A stretch of DNA of 64,000 nucleotides from Takakia lepidozioides (Eukaryota > Plantae > Bryophyta): assembly GCA_030704615.1 (NCBI GenBank), contig CM060732.1, positions 7,006,001-7,070,000 of the forward strand, written 5' to 3'. The translations under genes were made by a program, and so were the position numbers. The notes beneath the pieces were generated by a model. That model had not been told where the DNA came from and did not search any database. It saw only the letters and a program-made list of their open reading frames with translations. Below, piece after piece: positions 40,301 to 49,773 of the stretch (position 1 is its first letter; every line of letters starts with the position of its first letter).

Positions 40301-40521
40301 TGGCACCGAGAAACAACCTGCTCATACCCATATGCTCTCTTCACCCCGTTACACAATTGCAAACGACACAGTCCATGACTGCCGGCAGCAGCTTCAGAAA
40401 GCGGAACCCCAAAGAAGCCACTGGTGATTCTGAGAATTCCTGAGAATGCAGCGGGCGAGAGAGACAATGCAGGTGTAGTGGCTATGGGTTGTGGCCGACC
40501 GGCTGTGAGGCTCGGCGCCAT
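31394..40521 (-). CDS. CHLD: Magnesium-protoporphyrin IX chelatase subunit D, chloroplast precursor, 15 exons
   Basis: Exons 40521-40201, 38946-38768, 38670-38586, 38026-37710, 37477-37354, 36955-36863, 36662-36567, 36210-36076, 35708-35502, 35275-35114, 34807-34700, 34292-34158, 33013-32852, 32056-31936, 31479-31394, all GT-AG and in phase. Transit peptide; [14 protein letters not shown]; AAA-like [15 protein letters not shown] and [10 protein letters not shown]; poly-Pro/acidic linker; v[31 protein letters not shown]. Confidence 0.97.
33560..33815 (-). mobile_element. 3' fragment of a different LINE family in CHLD intron 12
   Basis: [14 protein letters not shown]...[25 protein letters not shown] is a typical LINE C-terminal zinc-finger region; an adjacent tandem duplication of about 175-190 bp spans about 33265-33565. 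Confidence 0.75.
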
Positions 40522-41402
40522 GGTCAGGAATCTGGTGCTGAGATGGGTTCCTCACGGGGCAGAAAGACGAGGGTGAGGCGGTTCGAACACGCGGTTTAGT
40601 GGAGGGTTGGATCGTGGTTCCCAACCTTATCCTGCTCCACCCAATGGGCTTCCTGTGATCATGTTTTAGATGCTTGTTGGCTCCTCCCTATAAGGGAGAG
40701 ACCACGCATTGGTGCCAAAAATGAGTAAGATCTTGATATACCTCCACTAGATAATACCTAGATGAAGCAGATAATCCTCCCCCATTTAAATGTTAGCTTG
40801 AATGTAGCTTGATTGGATAAGACCCATAAATGAATCCTACACATGTAAATATTCATATGCTTATATAGGTTTATATACTCTTATATATATAGGCTTATAT
40901 ATATAATATAGCCTCTCATTTGTGAATAATTGGGAGTTTATGTCTCACGTGCGGGCCAGGACGCGCACGGTCCGCGGGTCGTCCCGGCCCCCGCACCGGC
41001 CATCTGCGCGGCGCAGCGCGGTCGGCAGCCTCGCAGCACCGCACCCGTGGTTCCGTGGCTCAGCCCTCCCGCGGTCGCCGCTGTGTCTCGGTGTGCCCGC
41101 CCCGCTGGGTCTGCCCACGGCTGGGTCTGTTGGGTCTGCCGTAAGAGCAGACGGAACCGGCAGACCCAAGCGGACCCAAGCAGACCCCATATGACCTCGC
41201 ACGCATCTGACCGTCAAGCCACACTGCCATCCTCTCTGTCCGGATTTAGGCTTGGAGAAGAGAGTATAGACGGGTGTTCCACGCAATTTTACATAAATGT
41301 GCACGTTCGCGCGAAGCCTGGAACGAGAACAGCTCCAAGAGCTAACACATATCTAACCTCTGTCATGTCTACACCATATTCCCGCACTTCCAGTTTCTTC
41401 CT

Positions 41403-42240
41403 GTGCTTGCGCCACATGTACATGTTGATGTAGATAGGGTTCATACTATCTTACATGCTTGCCGAACTCCAACTCCATGGGTGTCGATGACATATTCCAA
41501 TACGACCCTATCCAGGTATCAATATTGCTATGGTACTGAGGACAAGCGCACCGACAATGTGAGTGTGAGGGATCCGAAGGTCAAGCGAGGAGGTCCAGAC
41601 GTCGGGGCTGGAACCAGTAATCCTCACAAAGATCAAAGACGAAAGAAAAGCGAATACGGCGAGTCGTACAAGCATGGTTGTCTCTGTTCTTTCAAAGTCT
41701 CGCAATGTTTTCTTGCTCCAGACATTGGAGTCATCACATATTATAACAACATGCGACACCCGGATGTGTCCGGAAAACCCTCTCATGGCGGGTATGCCCA
41801 GTTTCAGTTCAGCCGATATGCCTATGCTCCACATATTAGCGAGGAACTGAAAAAGTAGATCATGGAATGCTTGTCCCGAGGCCTGAGTGTCGCACCAGTC
41901 ATGATTGAACACAAGGAGCACGTCATGCACAACACTGGCTTGGGAGAAGCACGGACACGTGACGACTTTCTCCTCGAGCAAGATGCCGGACCCGGTCGCT
42001 GGAAAACAAGCTTGACAAACCTTCAAAAATACCTGACGGTGCACAATCCGTACGTATGTGGAAAGATCAGAACCCGGACTCAATCTTCTTCTACCAGGAG
42101 GAATCATTGGCGCCCACATTCCAACATTTTGATGGAGATTTGACCTTCACCATGGGGAGACTCCATGGCAGCGGCAGAACATGTTCGATTTGGGCGATGC
42201 GCGCATCGTAGCTTGCGACATGACATTTGGAACATCTACA
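41403..42240 (+). pseudogene. N-terminal part of a SWIM/MULE-type transposase within the element
   Basis: YCYGTEDKR, SYKHGCLCSFKV...VITYYNNMRHPDVSGKPSHG, YAPHISEELKK*, LSRGLSVAPVMIEH...RTRDDFL, TPWQRQNMFDLGDARIVACDMTFGT; stop at 41856-41858, frameshifts, truncated after the first DDE Asp. Confidence 0.82.
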
Positions 42241-42700
42241 AATTACTCGGCCTATGATTCGTTGTTATGTCTTTCTTCCAGTTAATCAAAAATCCATGCT
42301 GGATAAACGCCAAGTCTTTTGTTGCAAAGCAAGGGCTGGGTTCATTTGCAAGTTTTCAAAAAATTAATAAATTAAATTATTATTATTATTATTATTATTT
42401 TCCCCGAATGTGCCAGATTAAGGCGTCGTTGACGACACCTTAATCTGGCTAGTCTTTTGGTGTGCTATTTGGGGTGAATGACATCTACAAATTGCTATGA
42501 TTCGTTTTCACGTCCTTCGTGACCAGAAATGCTGGGTAAACGCCAGGTCTTTTGCTTGCAAAGCAGGGGTTGGGTTCATTTGCAAGTTTTCCAAAAAACA
42601 AAAAAAACAAAAAACATATTTTTATTTTTTTGTTTTTTCCCCTCTGAATGTGCCAGATGAAGGTGGCGTTGATGCCAGCCTAATCTGGCTAGTCTTCTGG
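42232..42700 (+). repeat. Two-copy tandem repeat (about 245 bp), each copy ending in a hairpin and CTAGT
   Basis: Units begin ACATCTACAAATT at about 42232 and 42481; hairpins at 42412-42449 and 42652-42689. Confidence 0.85.
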
Positions 42701-45599
42701 GCCAGAATATTTAAGCTTCCGCCAAATTAAAATACACTTATTTAAACTTAACAACACATGGATCCCTGCGCACATGTTGTTGCAGTCATCCATGGTTCAC
42801 TCATCTGGGCAATTTTTCATCCGACAGTCGTCCAACATTCATCCAATGTTCATCCATTCCCTTTTACGTTTATCATAGATACATTCATTCGACAGTTTTT
42901 CATCGCACATTCGTGCCACATTGTCGTCATGGAGTCTGTCTGTCATCGGTCTGATGGAGAGAAGATTGCGCCGTTGTAGTGGAGTTTGTGTCCACGGCAA
43001 TAGGCCCACTTGTTCTCTCGCTTTTAGGGTCCGCATCAATAATCTGCTCACGCTTGGGGGAATCTACTCACGGATAAGGGAATCTGCTCACGGGTTCTGC
43101 TCACGCCTTTGCTGCCCTCACACCAAACACCATAAGGCAGGGGACGAGGGAAGTTGAAAGAGGAGGAAACACAAAAAAAAACAAGGGGTGTTAGGAGATC
43201 GGCGAGTGCGATGCCATGCCCTAAATCTGGACGGTGTGTATACAACCGCGTTTGGACAGGCAGATGCGTGCCACGTCTGCGCGAGTCTGCTCTACTGTGC
43301 GGGTTCGGCGTGGTCTGGTGGACGATATGCAGACCCCCGGAGGCGACGCGGGCGGGCCCGACCGCGGGTGGGGTGACTGCTGTCCCGCGGCCACGTGCGC
43401 CGAGGGCGTGCGGGGCTGCCGATCGCGCTGCGGGGCTGTCCTTGGGGGGGGGGCTGGGAGACCCCCCGGCCGTGCGTCCTGGCCCGCACGTGAGACATAA
43501 ACTCCCAATTATTCAAAAATGAGAGGCTATAATATACACCCTAAAATAAAAAATAAAAACTTAGAGATCAAAATACTTACATTTCTAAACAAAAGCATTT
43601 TTGGATAAAAGCAAAATAAAAGTGAAATGTTTTTAGTTTCTAAAATTCATGAGATTTATTGGCTCCTCCATGAAGGGAATACCAGGCATCAGTGCTGAAA
43701 GGAGGGAAGATCTTGATGTACCTACACCAGATAATACTTGCACTAAATAATACCTGTGTCAAGTTATTTTACCACTAGTGTGAAACTAGCTAGGAAATAG
43801 CTAGCTTTTACATATGACATTTGGATTGGCCCAAGTGTCAATCCAGGGGTCAAAGCAGATTTAGGCCCTGGAGTGGTTATCTTCACGGCAAGCGCGGGAG
43901 GCTCATCTTTCTCGAGTTGAGCCTCACCGCGCCTAGCTATGGCGCCGTAGTGTGGATTCCCCATGGCGTGGGGTGCACTTGGCTTGACTTGTATTTGAGT
44001 GATGAGGTTATATATGCATGAGTTTATGCTTCAGCTTGTGAGCTCGCATGAGCTCGTGCTTGTATTCTTCTTCTTTATCACTCGAGAAAGATGAGCTCGT
44101 ATCTATGAGTGCTAGATACGAGTTAGTTGTAGCACTTGTGGTTTTTGCTGAGAATGAGAGAAACCATTGTTATGCAAGGAGCACCGTGAGCTCTTAGTTG
44201 TTAGAAGCGGAGGCGATGTGGGTTACGAGGTGGTAGACCTTGGCATTCGATCTTCAGCTTCAGAGATGAAAGCACCATGCTGCAGGTAATTCCAGAGCAC
44301 CTTGATGGTTCCAGATTGTGTACATGCATGAGCAAGCACGATTGGGAAGAGGACCAGTCAAGAGCAGGTTATAGTGGCTTGGTGGCAAAGCGAGAACTGG
44401 ACTTGGGGAATGCGAGCTTTCATTGTGTGAAGGATTGCAAGACCAAGCGAAAGGGCTGATTTTGCTTGGGGCAAATCAGTGCACTTTGTGGAGTATGGTG
44501 AGATTGGGTTTCAATCTCGAGCTTCAGCATTGAGAGGGCTTTGTCATGGCAAGAGCAGGGCTGGATCAGGAGCTAAGAGGTGCGGCAAGGCCATGGAATG
44601 TGCACCTAGGGTTTCAGAGCTTGGAAGAAGAGTTCTTGCACCACAAGAGAAGTGTCTTGTGGCTGGAAATGAAGCCTTAGGGTTTCAGGAGCTTGGCAAA
44701 GGCTATGGAGTGCTTAGTCTTGTCATAGAGAGCATCAAGGAGCCAAGGAGCCAAGATAGGGGGCTGATATCTCTTGTGTGAAGAGGTTTGCATGTGTGAG
44801 CATGTATTCAGCTCATTGAAGCTTCCATCTTCAAGCTTGGAGGGCAAGCAAGGAAGAGGGAAGGGCTGACTTCCCTAATGTGAGGGCATGTATGTGTGGA
44901 GCATGCTATCAGCACTAGTAAAGGCTTGCACTTTTAGGTGTGGGAGTGCAAGAAAGGAAGGAGGGGGCTGGTTTCCCTGTAGGCATGTAGAGCATGCTTT
45001 CAGCCTGCTGAAGCTTGTATTATCAGGTTTGTGGTGCAAGAAATGAAGCAAAGGAGCTGATTCTCTTATGGTGAGAGTGGGGCATGTGTGAGCATGCCTT
45101 CATCAGCCCATTGAGGCTCTTGTTTTCAAGCCTTAGAGAGCTAGAACGGAAGGTCTAGGGCTGGTTTCCACTTGGAGTGAAAGAACAGCACTTGTAGGGC
45201 CTATGTGAGTTGGGGTTTCAACTTCAAGCTTGAAGGGAGCGCAACTCTTGAAGCCCAGGTGTAGAGGGCTGGAATAGGCTCTAAGACAGATGCTATGGCC
45301 AATGAGGGGAGTGCTTGAATGAGTGCTCACAAGGGCTGGGAACCAGCATGGCTTGGTTGTTTGCCATTGAGTTTAGTGGCGTGTTTGGGGAGGCTAAGTG
45401 AGAAAGAAGCTTGGTTTGTGGCAACCACCTCATGGTTAGGGCTACTATGGTGGTGTGTGGGAGCCGAAAGAGCAGGATACCTTGCTGATTTCCTCAAGCC
45501 ACCATAGCTCGGTGGAAAGAAGCCTAGAGTTAAGAGACACAAACCCAGCTTGGCGTGGCTACCCCTTGGAGAAATGGCTAAACTACTGCCAGAGCGGCC

Positions 45600-46330
45600 A
45601 TGTGTGGGGCTGTGACAGGCTGTGGCAAGCTGTGACAGGCTATGCCCAGTGGCCTGTGGGGCTGTGACGGCTGTGACAGGCTTGTGGCAAGCTGTGACAG
45701 GCTGTGATGGCTGTGATGGGCTGTGACAGGCTGTGCCCTGTGCCCTGTGGGGCTGTGACGGGCTGTGTCAGCTGTGACAGGCTGTGCCCAGTGGCCTTTG
45801 GGGCTGTGACGGGCTGTGACAGGCCGTGCCTGAGGCCTTTGGGCTGTGACGGGCTGTGAGGGGCTGTGACAGGCTGTGCCCTGTGCCCTGTGGGGCGGTG
45901 ACGGGCTGTGTCAAGGTTGTGGCGAGCTGTGACGGGCTGTGACGGGCTGTGACAGGCTGTGCCCTGTGCCCTGTGGGGCTGTGGCAAGCTGACCGGTGTG
46001 ATGGGCCTGTGAGGGCTGTGACAGGCTGTGCCCTGTGCCCTGTGGTGCTGTGACGGGCTTGTGTCAGGCTGTGACAGGCTGTGCCCAGTGGCCTTTGGGG
46101 CTGTGACGGGCTGTGCGGGGCTGTGACAGGCTGTGCCCTGAGGCTATGGGGCTGGTGACGGGCTGTGGGACAGGCTGTGTGAGCTGTGACAGGCCTGTGC
46201 CCCATGGCCCTTGGGGCTGTGGAGGGGCTGTGAGGGGCTTGTGACAAGGCCGTGCCTGAGGCCTTTGAGGCTGTGACGGGCTTTGTGAGGGGCTGGATCA
46301 TGCCGTGCCCATTGCCTTGGGCTGTGACGT
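45600..46330 (+). repeat. GGCTGTGAC(A/G) minisatellite within the LTR, with further copies to about 46770
   Basis: Dozens of 9-11 nt units with higher-order GGCTGTGCCCTGTGCCCTGTGG blocks. Confidence 0.92.
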
Positions 46331-47794
46331 GCTTTTGTTCTTTGACAGGCCGTGCCCTTCTTCCTTTTGTGCTTTAGTGGCTTTGGGTTTTCCTTTTTTA
46401 CAGGCCTTTCCCCTCTGTCCTTTGAGGGCTTTTCCTTGCTGTGAGGGTCTTTTCCAGAGGGTCCATTCTTTTCTTTTCTTTCCTTTTCTTTTACCCAATT
46501 CTTTGCCTGTTTGGGACTGTTCTTCTGTTACTTTCTTTCTTGTCTTTTCCCGTCCGTGCCCCATGGCCTTTGGGGCTGTGACGGGGCTGTGAGGGGCTGG
46601 GTACACTGCCCGTGCCCATGCGCTTTTGGGGCTGTTCCATTGGTCCTTTTTCTGGAGGGTGCACCTGCCTTCTGAGGCCTTTGGAGGCTGTGAGGGGCTG
46701 TGAGGGCTTGATGGGCTGTTGACAAAGGCCGTTCCTTCGGCCTTTGAGGCTGTGAACAGTCTGTGAGGTGCCTGCGCCCGACACGACCGCCGCTGTTACT
46801 ATTCCCCTTTCCTGTGGGATTTGACTGCCTGAACCAGTGAGCTTTTTTGGTCCTGTGCTGGTCTTTTTTTTCCCTTGTTTACCTGTGGACGCCTGGCTGA
46901 CTCTTTTCTTCTCTTTTTGTCACTGCCTAAGGATCCTTTCATGTGGTCTGGAAGGCCGAAGTTTTGAAGCTCGTGGAGGGCGGTTTGGAGAGTATCTTCA
47001 TGATATTCCCATGGTCATGCAAGTGAGGATAGAGAGGAGAGGGCAGAGTGTTGGGAGGAGAGCATGCTGGGGTTAGGCAGTGCTTTAGCTTCTCTTCCTC
47101 GTAGTTTCCACCCTCTCATTAGGCCAAGACCTTTCCGTAGGTGGAGGCAGAGTCAGTCCGGGTTTGGGCTGGGGTGTCCTTGCATGAGGCAACACCGTGG
47201 AGTTTGTTTTTTGGTGTGGGGGAGTTGTCGTTCGGATTTCTTGTTTTTGGATCCCCCATACCTGCATGCTTGACTGTGCGCCATGCTAGTTTTGTGGGGC
47301 GCTTTGTTTTTAATAGGTGATTGGTCCGGATTTGATCACCGGCCAGTCCTAGAGGCATGCTGTCGATGGTGAGGGCTGGGGTGATGACACAGCCAGATCA
47401 TCATTGTTTCTCCTGTGGTGAGGTTGGAGGTGATGACCAGCCAACCATAGGGTGCTTGCGGGTGGAGGCAGGTACCAGGTTGTAGGCTATGTTGGAACTT
47501 AGTATTCCAAACCATACCGCAACAGGTTCTCTAACCCGGTTACTGTGGGAGAAGGGGTTAGGGACATGTCATGACCGGTTGAGTGTCAACACGAGGTGCC
47601 ACTATTTGCTGGGGACAGTGCCGGTTCGAGCACTAGTGATACTAGTGGGTACACGAGACTAGGTGTGCGGTTTAGGCCACCTTCCCCCTCCTGTGTCTTC
47701 CACGTAAGGTTCTGATTCGGATTGTGAAATCAGTAGGGCTCATACCGGACGGCGGTGCAAGTGTTTCTTCTTTGCCATTAGTATTGTGGACACA

Positions 47795-49273
47795 ATGGAG
47801 GAGATTATGGAGCTACCAGGGGCCACGAAGGTACTCTGGGGCGGTGGGCACCATTGAGTTGGATGATTTTATCCAAGAGTTTGATAGTGGTGTGATTTGG
47901 CATCAAATGCGCAATCCACAACTATTACGCCGTTCATGGCATGGAAGGGCTGTTTCAGCACTTGAGGGCCGCTATGGATGATTACCATGAGTTCAGGCGG
48001 GGGCATGAGGTTGAGATCGAGGAGTGGAGATGTACTGGTCACCCGACTATGTCTCCATCACTAGGGGCACTAAGCCACGAGGCAGTGGCGACACCTGCGC
48101 TGCAAAAAACCGGCAGCCAAACCGCAAGTCCGCAAGCATGGAACTGGTGGGTACCAGGTAGCTACGACTTCCACCCAAGCCACTACCGCACCAGCACTAG
48201 CACCCGTGCCTCTGCCTTCAACCCTGTTGTGGAGTTCTTCGAAGAGTTGAGAAGGAACTACCAGGGGTGAGGACAGAGAAGTTGCGGAGCTTGCAAGAGT
48301 TCCAACGGAAGGCCGACCGAGAGCTTGAGGGAGGCTTTCACTCGCAGAGGCGCTTGATATGTAACCCAAGGGGTTACGGAGCTCAGGCAGTTCCAATTCT
48401 GGTATGGGATATTGGACAAGGAGCTGAGGAGAAGGGTGCGGATATGCAACTCTCCTACAAGCGCCCAACCCACCTTAGCAAATGTGTTTTTGGCTGGCAG
48501 AGCGGATAGAGCTCAACATGGTGGAGGAACGAGTGGTCATGGTGGGATTTGCTAAGGAGACCCACGGGGTAGTGGTGCTTCCTAGCCAACCACTACCTCA
48601 CGTGTCAAGGCAACAAGGGGGCTCAGGTGAAGCTCAGGGAAGGGCAGAGAGGACCTCAGATGCAGGGGTCTCGTCCCTTCATTTGCTTGCGAACAACGGG
48701 CGATGTGGTGTGCTGGACATGTGAGGACCCCATTCAAGAAGGATTGTCCAGAGGGAGGCAAAGGGCCGGCACATGCACAGCCTGCACATTACAGTGTGGG
48801 CATTGTGGCAATCAGGGCAGGAGAGGCTCAGTGTTTGGTTGGCATCCTGAGTTGCGCCCGCCAGTTCCAAGGAACCATGGTGGCCGGGGGCGAGGTGATC
48901 AGCCCAAGGGACAAGGTGGCAGCCACGAGGTGCAGGCCAAGGGCAAGCTCAACGTGGCCAAGGACGCGGAGTCAGGGTGTTGACCAAGGCATGGCCAACC
49001 GGCTTCAGCAGCTAAGAGCAGAGGCTCGCTGCCAATGCTACAACAGCTCAGGTGGTACGGCTCTAAGGCCGGATGGTCCACCTCCTGCTCCTGAGGGGGA
49101 GATATGGGAGGCATGGTATTCATGTGTGGAAGCAGCACTACCACTAGTGCGGTGGGAGTCTGCTGCCGCCGTGATCGAGGAGCAGCACGAGTTCCTGAGC
49201 CACGAGGTGCAGAGGTGGAGTTGGATCCACAGCGTGGGGAGGCAAGCCGTCAGGCTAGGCTTCCTCAGTCATT
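47795..49273 (+). pseudogene. Retrotransposon gag, multiply frameshifted
   Basis: MERLWSYQGPRRYSG..TIELDDFIQEFD, GLFQHL..AMDDYHEF, FNPVVEFFEELRRNYQG.RTEKLRSLQEFQRK, knuckle remnants VVCWTC / FKKDCP / CGHCGNQG. Confidence 0.75.
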
Positions 49274-49773
49274 NNNNNNNNNNNNNNNNNNNNNNNNNNN
49301 NNNNNNNNNNNNNNNNNNNNNNNNNNNNNNNNNNNNNNNNNNNNNNNNNNNNNNNNNNNNNNNNNNNNNNNNNNNNNNNNNNNNNNNNNNNNNNNNNNNN
49401 NNNNNNNNNNNNNNNNNNNNNNNNNNNNNNNNNNNNNNNNNNNNNNNNNNNNNNNNNNNNNNNNNNNNNNNNNNNNNNNNNNNNNNNNNNNNNNNNNNNN
49501 NNNNNNNNNNNNNNNNNNNNNNNNNNNNNNNNNNNNNNNNNNNNNNNNNNNNNNNNNNNNNNNNNNNNNNNNNNNNNNNNNNNNNNNNNNNNNNNNNNNN
49601 NNNNNNNNNNNNNNNNNNNNNNNNNNNNNNNNNNNNNNNNNNNNNNNNNNNNNNNNNNNNNNNNNNNNNNNNNNNNNNNNNNNNNNNNNNNNNNNNNNNN
49701 NNNNNNNNNNNNNNNNNNNNNNNNNNNNNNNNNNNNNNNNNNNNNNNNNNNNNNNNNNNNNNNNNNNNNNNNN
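49274..49773. other. Assembly gap (500 N)
   Basis: N run. Confidence 1.

Larger units (their letters stand above)
40911..43527 (+). mobile_element. Mutator-like DNA transposon (2617 bp, internally deleted) 390 bp upstream of the CHLD ATG
   Basis: TIRs start GCCTCTCATTTKTGAATAATTGGGAGTTTATGTCTCACGTGCGGGCCAGGACGC and continue degenerately; perfect 9-bp TSD TATAATATA at 40902-40910 and 43528-43536. Confidence 0.93.
43755..49273 (+). mobile_element. Ty3/gypsy LTR retrotransposon: long 5' LTR (about 43755-47591), PBS-like site and frameshifted gag, running into the gap
   Basis: LTR homology to 2490-4180; putative LTR end ...TGTCAACA at 47591 followed by GGTGCCACTATTTGCTGGGGA, loosely like the Athila/Tat tRNA-Asp PBS; gag-like sequence downstream. 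The 5' boundary is approximate. Confidence 0.75.

Noticed and set aside
45640-46301. 115-aa and 177-aa Pro/Thr/His-rich ORFs
   Set aside because: Translations of the GGCTGTGAC minisatellite.
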